64,000 bases of DNA from Pelagomonas calceolata (lineage: Eukaryota), in assembly GCA_918797485.1 (NCBI GenBank), contig CAKKNE010000005.1, positions 1,240,001 through 1,304,000 on the forward strand, in the 5' to 3' direction. The translations under genes and the position numbers were made by a program. Shown here one piece after another: positions 1 to 10,198 of this stretch (the stretch's first letter is position 1; each line of letters starts with the position of its first letter). The notes beneath the pieces are model-generated. The model was given only the letters and a program-made list of their open reading frames with translations. It was not told the origin of the DNA and ran no database searches.

Positions 1-1158
1 ACCATCCAGTTCACGTTCCCGCGGATCGTGTTGATCTCGCCGTTGTGCGCGATCTGCCGGAAGGGCTGCGCGAGCGACCAGCGCGGCATCGTGTTCGTGG
101 AGAAGCGACGGTGGTAGATGGCGAACTGAGACACGTACCTGCGTTGATTGATACCGTCGCGAAACCGCCGCGGCGCCCGCGCGCGACGCGTAGGCTCTCA
201 TGTGATCATGAAGATATCCGCAGGCTCGCCGTCGCGACACGGCCGGGGCTCCCTCACGAGACGTGTAGGCTCTCGTGCGACCGCGTCGACGGCGTCGCGG
301 CGGCGTAGTCTCATGAAGACGCCGTCGACGCGACTTGAAGTTCGGAAACGTTCGGAAACGGACGCTGAGTCAGCACAGTTCGTTCGCGAGATCAAGGTAA
401 AACTTCCTGAGCGCCGACGACTGGACCATGCCCTTGTAGACGACGGTCTTGTGCGAGCACGAGGCGATGTAGAACTCCTCTTCTCGGTCCCACAATCCGC
501 TCAGAGTCCTTCTGTACAAGTAGAGAGCTCTCTCTAACGATCTAGGATCTCTTTCGGGAACATCAGCAGCCGTCGCTAAAATAACGTGAGCGAAGTCCGG
601 CCGTCCCGCAGCGGCCGCCTCGCCGCAGATCGACGGATCAATCGGCAGGTCGCGCCAGGCGACCACTTCGAAGCCAGTCAATGAAGCGGCCTCATAGGCT
701 AATTCCGAAGCTCTGGCCGCCGCTTCAGGATCTCTGGGAACAAATAAGGTAGCCACACCTAATTTCTCGTCCGGGTTCTGTTCCCTCCTCGCCTTCAATG
801 CGGGCGTGTCCGATTCGTAGACGGCCCACGGGATCTGGGTCATGATACCAGCACCATCTCCCGAGACGCAGTCGGACGAGCAGCCGCCGCGGTGCTCGTT
901 TGCGTCGCAGGCCGCCGTGGCGGCGATGATGACCCTACGAGAGGGACCCGCGGCGCTCTCCGCCACAAAACCGACGCCGCACGCGTCGCGCTCGGTCGCT
1001 AGGGTTCTCTCGATCGTAGAGAGGTCATAAGTGTTCTTCGTGCGCTGCGTGGCGCCGGGGACCTTGGCCGCGCTCAGCGACGACGCCGCGCGCGGCGGGC
1101 GAGCTGGTAGCAGTGCGCTTACGCATGAGAGCGCGAGCGCGAGCGCGACAGCCTTCAT
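1..1158 (-). CDS. gltB: Glutamate synthase (GOGAT) large subunit, likely plastid-targeted; 5' part only, runs off the window. Intron 139-376
   Basis: Signal peptide [15 protein letters not shown], Ntn-amidotransferase start [27 protein letters not shown]. Removing the GT..AG intron at 376-139 restores [42 protein letters not shown]. Confidence 0.95.
139..376 (-). other. Spliceosomal intron (238 bp) in gltB with internal repeats
   Basis: GTGCTG donor and CGCAG acceptor; removal restores the conserved GOGAT frame. Contains three GYGTAG(G)CTCTC-like repeats and a tandem GTTCGGAAAC. Confidence 0.9.
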
Positions 1159-1627
1159 CGTGCGTGCAAGGCTGGGTTGGCTTCGCAGCGATGCTTGTGA
1201 GCTGTGCTGGTCGCGGAGAGCGCTTATGACTTGTTTACACAGCACTGACGCCGGGCTAAAGTCCTTCACTCGTGATTGCTGTGGGCAGTCGCTAGTACCA
1301 AGCCACTAGCATTCGATTTTTGTGAGCCCTCAGTCGCGGTCATTTGCCTCCGCGGACTCGGTTTGGGGCAGGGCCCGCCATTGGGCGGCTTCTAGGCCGA
1401 TTGCCAAACCCGCGTGGTACCGTGACGGGCCCGACGCACCTCCAAGCCCGCCTCGGAGGGCCGAGACGCCGCCAGGGCGTCGGCGATGGTACCTTGGCCC
1501 CGGCCTCACGCCATCGCCGCGACGCGGCTCTGTGAATTTAAACGCCGCGTCTCTACGTTCAAACGACGCCGGAGTTATCTTTCAGAAAACAGGTTATTAC
1601 AGGAGGGGGGTCTTGGAGAGGTCCTAG

Positions 1628-2912
1628 CTAGGTGTCGCCGAACAGGCACTCGTCGGGCCCGTCGACCGTATCACTGGAACAGACCGGTAATTTGGGCGCG
1701 AGCATTTCAATGTCCGCGCTAGACCCGCCGAGCTTCCGCATCAGCGAGTGCCAGAGCGACGCGTCTCTTTCGTTCCCGAGGACCTGGGCCGACGAGCAGG
1801 CCGCGGGTTGATACAATCCACAGTCGACCGCGGTTCGTAATTCGCCCGGTGCGAACTCGTAGCGCCCCACAAAAAAGGCGAACTCCGCCGCATCGGCCTC
1901 GCCGTTGCATACTAATCTCGCGGCGTGCGCGGCGCCGCCTCGATAGATGCCGCAGCCCGGCGCGAGTTCCGTGCTCCCTTCGAGGTCCCGCGTATGCAGC
2001 ATGAGCGCCTCTCCGGACCAGGCCACGCCCTCCCAGTCCTCCACCTCCCTCGATCCCGTATAGACCGTGACCTCGTCGCCGAACGCGGCCTGGAAGTCGT
2101 GGAAGTCCGGGAAGACGCCGTCGAACCTGTGTGGGTCGATCGTGAGACTCCACGCCATCGACCAGCGTCGCGTCGATGGCGTGAAACCTCCACGCCGTCG
2201 AGCAGCCGAAGGAATGGGATCATCATCGGGTCGATGGCGTGGGGCGCCCGGCATGTGATTTCCGCTCCGCGTCTCACTCCAATGCCGCAAACAAAGCCGC
2301 GCTTCTTCTCCGACTCCCCCAGGGCGCGCCGCGGTCCTGCCTGCCCAGTCGTATACACGCGCCCTCATCATCGAGGACCAATACGACGTCCCTCGCTCTT
2401 CTGATCGCCTCATCTCTCATGTTCAGGAATTTGCGATCTTTTAATGTTCGAGCATGCACCGGCGTCTCGGCCACTCTTCTTAATTCTATCGTAGCAAATT
2501 GCCTTGCGAGAGTCCGGTGCCGGCGGTCGCCGTCCGCGTAGTTTCTTTTTTTCATAGGCACGCCTAATGCGCGCGCCGCGGCGAAGCGTTTCTTGGACGC
2601 GAAGCGTCGCACGTCCCGGAACCACGGCGATTTCGCATGGCAGAGCGTCGCCGAGAAGGGCAGCGCGAGCAGCAAGCCGCCGGCCTCGGGTCTCGGTAAC
2701 GCGTGGGCCCAGGCGTCGTCGGCCCACTGCTCGCGCGCTTTGGAATCGAGGCCCGTGGCTTCCAGCTTGGCGCGGAAGCTGCGCCAGTCGACGTCGATGC
2801 TGGTTTCTTGATCTGTAATCGGGGACGCCGGCCGCGGCACGGGCCGGCTCGTCGGCCGCGGGGCGATGTAGGCTTGCGTTACGGCGAGGAAGGCGACGAG
2901 GAGGGCCCGCAT
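1628..2912 (-). CDS. DUF179/YqgE-AlgH-like protein with bipartite plastid-type presequence; intron 2127-2277
   Basis: MRALLVAFLAVTQAY presequence, DWRSFRAKL, WAHALPRPEAGGLLLA, LAPGCGIYRGG, FAFFVGRYEFAPGEL, LWHSLMRKLGG. Two ORFs are joined in frame by a GTGAGA..CACAG intron. Confidence 0.8.
2127..2277 (-). mobile_element. Degenerate introner-type intron (151 bp)
   Basis: Flanks GTGAGACG vs GTTCGACG (6/8 TSD); GGAAATCA near the 5' end, CCACACAG 3' end, repeated CACGCCATCGA motif shared with other introns. Confidence 0.75.
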
Positions 2913-3330
2913 GGTGCTGCGCTTCTTTGCCGAGCTTGTCGCGCCGCGTTCCAGTGGCTCCTGGTGGGCGCCTTGGCTCCAACTCAGAGAAAACGGCTAA
3001 GAGTTTGCTGAAATTTGCAGAGATGCCAGCTCGTGGAAAACTACAGCAGCGACCGCGTTCGCTCGTAGCAATACCGCGAGCGGGCCAAGATCCTGCGCAC
3101 GCTTCTTGCGCGTGCCAATATAATCAGCTAGCGGCATGTAACACACTAGGTGCAGCTAGTCCAGCCGGACGGGTGGGCCCGGGGGGACATGAAATTTACA
3201 TCACTGTCATGATCATCTGATCATCATCAGGCTGGATAGGAACCCGACACCAGGTCGCCGCGTGCCGCCGGGTCGAGGGATATGTTACACCACAAGGGTC
3301 ACCGTGCTATTATATTACACTGCTATAGAG

Positions 3331-3840
3331 ATGGGCGAACGCGTACGCGTACGGGTCAAACGCATCTTGGGGCCACCCGCGCACTGCACCGTGGTTGGAC
3401 ATGTGGTGGGCATTGAAGGTGATGATTATTCTATCGAGATCGATCACGGCGAGGACTTTCACCTCATAACTTGCCGTGTGAAAAAAGGCGGCGTGATCTC
3501 CCGTGTGAACAAAGGCGACGTGATCTCCTTCACCCGCGAGGAGATCACCCTGTGGGAACCGCAGAAAGCGTCCAAGACCGTCGGGCGCAAGCAGGCCAAA
3601 AAGAAGCCCGCGGCGAAGCCCCCGGCGAAAAAGCGGCCCGCGTGCAAGCCGTGGGCGAAGGCGCCGGCGTCCGCGCCGCCGCCGCCGCCGCCGGCCGAAG
3701 ACGACGACTTCGAGCTGGTCGGCGTGCAGACGCCGGCTGAGCGCGCCGCCGAGTCGCGCCGCCGCGCCGAGGCCGAGGGCAACGTGCTCGAGATCGACGA
3801 CGACGACGACGAGTTCGCCGCGGCGCCGGTCGATGCGTGA
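3331..3840 (+). CDS. Hypothetical protein (beta-rich N-terminus, Lys/Pro-rich and acidic C-terminus)
   Basis: ATG at 3331, coding-like codon bias in the 3' half, 27-bp tandem duplication at 3474-3527. Confidence 0.6.
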   Translation: MGERVRVRVKRILGPPAHCTVVGHVVGIEGDDYSIEIDHGEDFHLITCRVKKGGVISRVNKGDVISFTREEITLWEPQKASKTVGRKQAKKKPAAKPPAKKRPACKPWAKAPASAPPPPPPAEDDDFELVGVQTPAERAAESRRRAEAEGNVLEIDDDDDEFAAAPVDA

Positions 3841-3955
3841 AAGAAGAGAAGGTAGTAACTGAATTAAGCGCCCCAGCAATGGTCAGACGCGTCCGAGGGG
3901 CGACGCCCCCTCGTTGTGTCTGGCCCACGCCATCGCTCAAAAATCATTACCAGAA

Positions 3956-4852
3956 TTACCCGTCCCCCTCCCGCAGGTTCTCCGGCAGCCGCGCCGACAC
4001 CTCCGGCCCGAGCTCGCGCCGCAGCTGCGCCTTCCAGTCCGACCCGCGCAGCAGCATGAACCGCCCGGCCACGCGCCGCGGCAGGATCAAGGTCGCCACG
4101 GCCCAGATGCCGTAGAAGACGTAATTCACGGGACCGACGTAAGCTCTGTGTAAAGACGCGGGATAGTGGCGAATGAGTGGAGGCAACAGGAACCGCAGCA
4201 ACCTAGGGTCCTGGTTCCGCACGCCCGAGCAGGTCCGATCTACAATAATTGCGACGGCCCCGTGGCCCGGTTTATCCGTATCATTATCGGAGGGCCACTC
4301 GGACGTCGCCCTAGCTCCATGCCAGGCAATCAGCCGTAACCAGTCCTCCTTCGCGACCGTCCCGAGCTTGTAGCGCGCCGGCCTCAATAGTAACAGTGAC
4401 GCGCCTTCTTTGGACGTACACGGCGGGTCCGACTCCCCGCCGAGCCACTCCATCATCTCGCCCTCGAGCTCGATGTCCCGGTAGAAGGCGTCTTTTCTGG
4501 AAGTGAAGAAGGTGTCGAAGCTCCAGTCTTCCTCGGTCCGCGCCCACTCTCTCCGCCACGCCGCGGTGTCGCGCAGTCGCGTAGCAAGTTGATCAGCGGT
4601 GCTACAAGCGCGCGCGAAGGGCAATAACTCCCTATCGCTCCTTTGAGCAACCCAGGCGTCGTCGATCCTCGATCGTGCCGTCTGTATTCGTTCCAACTCG
4701 AGTGGAGTGGCGCTTCTACCGTGCGACGCGGCCTCGGAGCCGGCGGCGGCGGGCGCTGGCCTTACGGGCGGGGTCTTGGGCCCCTTCCAGAAGCGGACGC
4801 GCCGCGCGAAGCGCAGGCCCGCGACCGGCGCGAGCAGTATGCAGAGCCGCAT
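3956..4852 (-). CDS. CRAL-TRIO/Sec14-like lipid-binding protein with signal peptide
   Basis: MRLCILLAPVAG, RELLPFARAC..LRDTAAWRRE, IIVDRT, HYPASLHRAYVGPVNYVFYGIWAVATLILP. Confidence 0.8.
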   Translation of the reverse strand: MRLCILLAPVAGLRFARRVRFWKGPKTPPVRPAPAAAGSEAASHGRSATPLELERIQTARSRIDDAWVAQRSDRELLPFARACSTADQLATRLRDTAAWRREWARTEEDWSFDTFFTSRKDAFYRDIELEGEMMEWLGGESDPPCTSKEGASLLLLRPARYKLGTVAKEDWLRLIAWHGARATSEWPSDNDTDKPGHGAVAIIVDRTCSGVRNQDPRLLRFLLPPLIRHYPASLHRAYVGPVNYVFYGIWAVATLILPRRVAGRFMLLRGSDWKAQLRRELGPEVSARLPENLREGDG

Positions 4853-5647
4853 TTGTGCAGGAGCGCGGCGGCGGCGTTGCAGCAACGCAATCAACGCAGG
4901 ACCGCGGCGGCGGGGTTGCAGCAACCAATCAACGAGCGGTGCAGGAGCACGGGCGGCGTACTGCAACGCAACCACAAGTTTGCAGCAAAGTGCTATGAGC
5001 GGCTGCTCGCAGCTTTTCAGCAGCAGTTTTGCAAAAATACGACAAGCCGCTAAGCTGAAACGCAGCAGGCAATGCTGCAGGGCCGCAGAGCTAGCAGCTA
5101 GCCTGTGCTGCCGCCGCAAAGGTGGCCGCCTCAGCTTGCTAGTGTGTTACATTCCGCTAGGCCGAAACCCCAATCTTTTACTCGTCATGCTAGGCATTTG
5201 GACGGGTGCGTTGCCTTGCGCGAGGCCTCGATCCACTTCTAGGCTCAGCCCGGCCGGGCTGCCTCAAGGAGTCTTGTGAAACGCGCGGATCACGCTACGT
5301 CAGACGGAAATTGGCCTTGGCAACGGCTGCATGGCTCACTGCTCTTGATTTGGCTGCGCGCCGCTGGAGCTCAAGCGTCCGCATTGCATCTCTCTGACAG
5401 GGTGACCGAGGGCCGACCTGGCTGGTCGCTCGGAGGTCGCGCCGTCAAAGGATCGATCGCGCGTCGCTGGCCCCGCCACGGTCCCTGATTACTGCGGCGG
5501 AGCCCGCCGTCGACACCCCGGTCACAGCAGCGCCAGCTGCGGAGCCGTCACCGGGGGCGACGACGACAGCTCTCGCTTGATTGCCGCTGAGCGACGGCAG
5601 CGATGTCGACGAAACCAACCGCGAGATCGCGAGCCCACGCGCAGCGC

Positions 5648-6594
5648 ATGGCCGCCTTGGCAAAGACGGGCAGCGCCGGCAGCTATCAGCCGCAAGCCCC
5701 GATCCCTCTCTACCCGACGCCGGTTTTCCCGCCGCCGGCGCTCTCCGCGCCGCCGCCGTGCGTATTCTTAGGAATGGGACCAAAACCGAAGTCGAAGAAG
5801 GACAAGGCGCGCCGGGAGCCGAACGTCCTCCACAAGTGTGCGCGCAAGCCCTGGGCCCATTGGACCGCACGGGAACAATCCGAGCTGACCCTGGCGTCGA
5901 ACCACCAGTTCTGGCTCGTGACCGAGGCGTGGATGGCCGACTTACGAAAGGACCTGCTGCCCGTTCTCCCCAAGAACGTGGAGAGGATTGGACTCAAACC
6001 GTTCCACGTCGCGGTCCTTGCCGGCCACCTGGAGGTCGTGCGGGCGTTCATCGAGCACAGACCCGCGGCGCGGCGCGACGGGAGCTACCGCGAGTTCCTC
6101 GTGGAGACGACGAAAAATGCGAGCACGCCCTTTACGGCAATCGAGCTCGCTGCGCTCGCGGGCCGCCCGGACGTCTACCGATTCCTCGCGGGGCTCCAGA
6201 ATGGCTTGGGAGGCCACGTGCGCGGAAAGAAGCGCCCCCTCTGGAGCACGAAGTGCGAGCGTGTGGTTCAGCGTCGGCGATGGCGTTCCGGCCGACGCGA
6301 CTCCGTCAGAGACCCGCGCCGTCGACGCGACGTTCTCTACGCACAGGCCACGCGAATGCGGGCTACGAATGTGCAATGGCGCGTCTGGCAGAGGTCGAGC
6401 TCGACCCGCGCATCCCCCTCGACGACGAGGCGGGCCCGCGCTTGAGAGTAGCGCACTACGCCCAGATCCTCGCCTACTTCGGCATGAAGCCTCCCGTGCC
6501 GGAGCCGCCGCCCGTCGATATGAGGAGAAGGAACATGCTGCGGGTCCTCGCGGAGGCGATTCACGACGAAGCCACGACTCCGCCGCCGGCGTAG
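5648..6594 (+). CDS. Protein with two degenerate ankyrin-like repeats; probable intron 6213-6346
   Basis: PFHVAVLAGHLEVVRAFI and TAIELAALAGRPDVYRFL; the frame change between the two overlapping ORFs is resolved by a phase-1 intron. Start codon uncertain (5648 or 5773). Confidence 0.6.
6213..6346 (+). mobile_element. Probable introner-type GC-AG intron (134 bp)
   Basis: TSD GCCACGTG (6213-6220) vs GCCACGCG (6347-6354), 3' end GCACAG, internal CGATGGCGT and CGCCGTCGACGCG motifs; splicing restores the frame. Confidence 0.6.
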
Positions 6595-6627
6595 TGTAGA
6601 ATATTTAACGTAACTGTGTGTGTCTAC

Positions 6628-7464
6628 TTATGAGTCGCTCTCGAAGTGGAACGCCGCCGTCGCGCCGCCGCTCCCCTCTAAAGCAGCAGGAGACGTGTCG
6701 TGGAGCCAGTTGATGCCCGCCAATTTCGCGCCCGCTCCCCTAAAAATCGCCGCCTCCCCCACCTCGGCGCGGTCCGCGAACCCGAGCGCCAGCGTCGTCC
6801 AGGCCTCCTTCGCGGCCTCGAAGGTCCCTTTCCCCAGCACGGAGTGGCCGGGCCGCGGCGTGTTCGTGGCGATGGCCTCGACGGCGCTCCGTTCCGGCTC
6901 CTCGAAGCGCTCCCAGGCCTTGGTCTCGCGCACCCAGGCACAGAGGCCGTGCCTGCCGCAGTGGGAACGCGACCCGTCGAGGCGCGCGACGCCGGCGATC
7001 TTGTCGCAGGACGCCAAATTCTCGACCTCGGTCTTGGCCGTCGATACTACTCTAGAAAGGACCTCCTGGGGCACGGCCGTCGACGCGGCCGCCGTCTGGA
7101 AGATCATGGCGTTGCCGTCGTCTCGCCAGACGGCGACGCGCGCCGTCGCGAGCACCGCCGGGTCCTCGTGCGTGAAGAGGTGGGCCGCGTACGTCCAGAT
7201 CTCTGGGTCATTACCTTCGGGCGTGCCGAGCCTCGATATTTCCACGGTTTGCTGGTCCATGCGTCTCACGAACGCTTCTGCCAGTTCGTCTGAATCCTCA
7301 ACCGCTGCGAGGAAGTCGGCGTCGCTCAGTAATTTGCGCCACGCGGCGTCGTCGCCTTGCTCCACTTGCGTGACGGTGTAGGTGCTGAAGCAGCTCCGCG
7401 CCGCGACGGGCGCCTTTGCAATCGCGTGTCGAGCGGCTAGCGCGGCACGACGAACGACGAGCAT
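6628..7464 (-). CDS. Hypothetical protein with mitochondrial-type presequence
   Basis: 278-aa ORF, Arg/Ala-rich acid-free N-terminus ending ARSCFST, coding-like codon usage. Confidence 0.7.
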   Translation of the reverse strand: MLVVRRAALAARHAIAKAPVAARSCFSTYTVTQVEQGDDAAWRKLLSDADFLAAVEDSDELAEAFVRRMDQQTVEISRLGTPEGNDPEIWTYAAHLFTHEDPAVLATARVAVWRDDGNAMIFQTAAASTAVPQEVLSRVVSTAKTEVENLASCDKIAGVARLDGSRSHCGRHGLCAWVRETKAWERFEEPERSAVEAIATNTPRPGHSVLGKGTFEAAKEAWTTLALGFADRAEVGEAAIFRGAGAKLAGINWLHDTSPAALEGSGGATAAFHFESDS

Positions 7465-7797
7465 GGTGTCCTTACTGATTGCCTGACTTGTGCAAAGCAG
7501 CAGTGATAGTCCTTGTGAGGTCCTCGGCAGTAGCAGTCGGCGCAGCGACGACTATATGCAACAAAACGACCACTTATGCTCTCCTGGCCCACTATAGGCT
7601 TGAGACTGTGCCAAAAAGCGATATGTGCGCGATGCGTGCTAGCGGCATACCGACACTAGCATTCTACAGCTGCAACCAGGCGCGTTTGCGATACCTGCTG
7701 CATAGAAACTTGCCAACGGAGCGCTGCGCAAGCCTTTGCTAGCATACATCGCCGCGCGAGCACAACAGCCACGCAGCGATAGCACCACACAAAAAAA

Positions 7798-8619
7798 ATG
7801 GCGAGGCGAGCCGCGAGCTGCCTGCTCCTGTTAGCCGCCGCAACCGCGCGACGGCCGACGCCGATCAAATTGAACGCCCTGCGCGGCGGCGCCGACGACT
7901 TCGACGAGAGGGTCGGCGCCGCCTTCGTCGCCGCCGCGCAAGCGTCCGAGGCCGAAACGAGCAAGGCATCCCAACAAATCGACGAGGGCAAGGCCGTCGA
8001 GGGCCTCGGTGATATTCTGGGAAGCGCCTACGACAAGGCCCTGGCGGCCTTTGACGCCCAGGCCCCCGCCAATTCCGGCGAGGACCGCGCGCGGCTCGAG
8101 GAGGCCATTGATTCTTCACTGGAGCTACTGTTCGTGAAGCAGCTCGCTCTCGTAAGGGCGAAGCTCCTGAAGGACGATCTCGGGGATGTCGAAAGAGTCG
8201 TATCGACACTAGATGATGCCGCGGAAGCGGCCAGAAGACCAGGCGCCGACTGGGAGTCGTCGTCAGAAACCGCCGCCGCCGCAGCAATCTCGAGGGAAGT
8301 CCGCAGCAGACAGGCAAAAGTTGCGGACGTCGCCGCCAAGGCCCAGAAGCAGCAGCAGGCCTACCTGCAGGTCTTTCAGCTCTACCAGGCGCAAATCGCG
8401 CAACTTAAGCAGGCCGTCGGCGAGCAGCCCGCGACGCTGCAGATGTCGTATCGCGTCCCGGACACGGACTTGGCTCTTTCCGCGTCTAGGTCGGACGACC
8501 GCACAACTTTATCGCTGACGTGCGTGCCCGACGACTCCGCGCCCTTGCTGGGGCCGCAGGGATTTGTTAGGGGTGTCACGCCCTTGGACCTGGGGCTGAC
8601 GCTGAACCTGAATATCTGA
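7798..8619 (+). CDS. Hypothetical helical/coiled-coil protein with signal peptide and LRGG motif
   Basis: MARRAASCLLLLAAATA..LNALRGG, 273-aa ORF. Confidence 0.7.
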   Translation: MARRAASCLLLLAAATARRPTPIKLNALRGGADDFDERVGAAFVAAAQASEAETSKASQQIDEGKAVEGLGDILGSAYDKALAAFDAQAPANSGEDRARLEEAIDSSLELLFVKQLALVRAKLLKDDLGDVERVVSTLDDAAEAARRPGADWESSSETAAAAAISREVRSRQAKVADVAAKAQKQQQAYLQVFQLYQAQIAQLKQAVGEQPATLQMSYRVPDTDLALSASRSDDRTTLSLTCVPDDSAPLLGPQGFVRGVTPLDLGLTLNLNI

Positions 8620-8753
8620 GTAAGTATCGACACGCGAGGAAACTAAGCACCACGACGAGTCATTACTGGCTCTAGGGACTGGGTGGTTCCGGAGGGGGTA
8701 TGTATGTTCGGCCTTGTTGCCGCCGCGCCTTGAGCCGGACGCGGCCTTGATGT

Positions 8754-9416
8754 CTACGAGTCGGTGTCCGCGGGCGCGGCGGCGTCGAGGCGGCGCTTGG
8801 GGTAACCACTCGCGAGGTTCGAGCACCCGTTGCCGCTGCAGGTCGCGACGCCGCTCCCTTTGACCTCGACCTTCGCGTTCTCGCAGGTCTTTTTCGACGC
8901 CGGCCCCCCGCATTTCACGTGGAGCGAGTGTCCCGCCTTGACCTCGAACTTCGCGTCCGTGCACGCGTTCTTCTCTTTGCAGTGGGCGTACGCGGCCACG
9001 CCCGTCGCCCAGTCCTTCACCTCGAACTTGTAGTTGCTGCCCTTGCACGCGTCCTCGCCGCAGCAAAGGACGACGACGGGCACCACCTTCCCGGCGTCCA
9101 TTTTGTGCTTCACGTTGCCCGAGCAGGCGGCTTTCCCGTCGCAAATGACCAGCACGCCGATCTTGGAGCTGCTCGTCGCGACGTCGAGGCTTTTGTCCTC
9201 ATCTTTGCAGGCGTCCTCGCCGATGCAGGAGATGACCTTCAGGTTCGGGTCCGTCTCGTACGTAGCGTAATTACTACACGTCACGGCCGCCGGGTCGAAC
9301 GTGGGCGCCTCGGGAGTGGGCTGCGGCGTGACCGTCGGCTCCGGCGTGGCGCCGCACCACTCGTAGTTGTCGCCCTTCTCTTCGCACTTCTCCTGCGTGT
9401 CGTGGCTTTTGCCGGT
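8754..9416 (-). CDS. Cys-rich extracellular-type protein with Pro/Thr linker; no start codon visible (5'-truncated or terminal exon)
   Basis: Open frame from 9416: HDTQEKCEEKGDNYEWCGATPEPTVTPQPTPEAPT, then repeated CxGxxAC units; bounded upstream by TAG at 9417-9419. Confidence 0.6.
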   Translation of the reverse strand, partial: TGKSHDTQEKCEEKGDNYEWCGATPEPTVTPQPTPEAPTFDPAAVTCSNYATYETDPNLKVISCIGEDACKDEDKSLDVATSSSKIGVLVICDGKAACSGNVKHKMDAGKVVPVVVLCCGEDACKGSNYKFEVKDWATGVAAYAHCKEKNACTDAKFEVKAGHSLHVKCGGPASKKTCENAKVEVKGSGVATCSGNGCSNLASGYPKRRLDAAAPADTDS

Positions 9417-9433
9417 CTAACCCTTCCGTGCAG

Positions 9434-9922
9434 CTGATGATCAATCCAACAAACCAACACGACAAGGACGACGGCCTGGCCACGTGTCTCACGTTGGTGC
9501 CCGACCAACTCAAGGAGATGCGTCTGCAAGACTATAAAGGAAGAATTATACCGGAATTGCATCGCTGCTACGATAAATCCGCGGCCAAGAACGGCCAGAT
9601 TTTTAATATTGGTGGACACCCTGATCGTTTACTTTTCAATCTGGACGCATTCACTACTTTATGTCTTACTGCCGACTCTGATTCTTTATGGTTTGAGAAG
9701 TGTGAGGATGAAGGTTGGGAGAAGGACTTTACGTTTAACAAGGAGCCCACGGCGCCGTCCCATGGAGCCGGCATCTTAGGTCAAGTGAAAAGCAAGGACG
9801 GGAGGTGCTTCGGAGCGGACGGCTGGGTGAAGCCGGTCATGACTTCTTGTGATGACTCTGAAACCACAGGCGAGACTGGGTTACCCGTCGAAAATTCCTG
9901 GTATCTTATTGAGCACGACTAA
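9434..9922 (+). CDS. Ricin-B-lectin-like (beta-trefoil-like) ORF or terminal exon, lower GC
   Basis: Three subrepeats TCLT..RCY, LCLTA..EKC, RCFGA..TSCD..NSW; preceded by CTAAC-pyrimidines-CAG acceptor; in-frame ATG at 9437. Confidence 0.5.
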   Translation: MMINPTNQHDKDDGLATCLTLVPDQLKEMRLQDYKGRIIPELHRCYDKSAAKNGQIFNIGGHPDRLLFNLDAFTTLCLTADSDSLWFEKCEDEGWEKDFTFNKEPTAPSHGAGILGQVKSKDGRCFGADGWVKPVMTSCDDSETTGETGLPVENSWYLIEHD

Positions 9923-10198
9923 GAGCGCCTCACGACGAGGTCCCGGCGCGGCTCGTCCTCTCCCCTTCCCGATCCCTTCCCCCGACACTAAAAAAAGTAC
10001 CGTGACTAAAAGCGTCGTCGCCTCCGAGCCAACACTCGGGGCGACGGCGTACGTGGGCGGGGGCGGGGCGGGCGTTCGGTCACGCAGCCCCGCGGCGGCC
10101 GGGTAGCTAGGCGGCCTAGCTCTAATCAAAGCAAAAGTCTTAACTGGCGGTCGCGCGACGTCGAGGCTGTCCACAGAAAAATCAACAACAACAAGTCC

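Noticed and set aside
8617..8619. TGA as selenocysteine linking the 7798 gene to the 9434 exon
   Set aside because: It would be in frame after splicing 8620-9433, but there is no redox motif and no SECIS element that I can identify.
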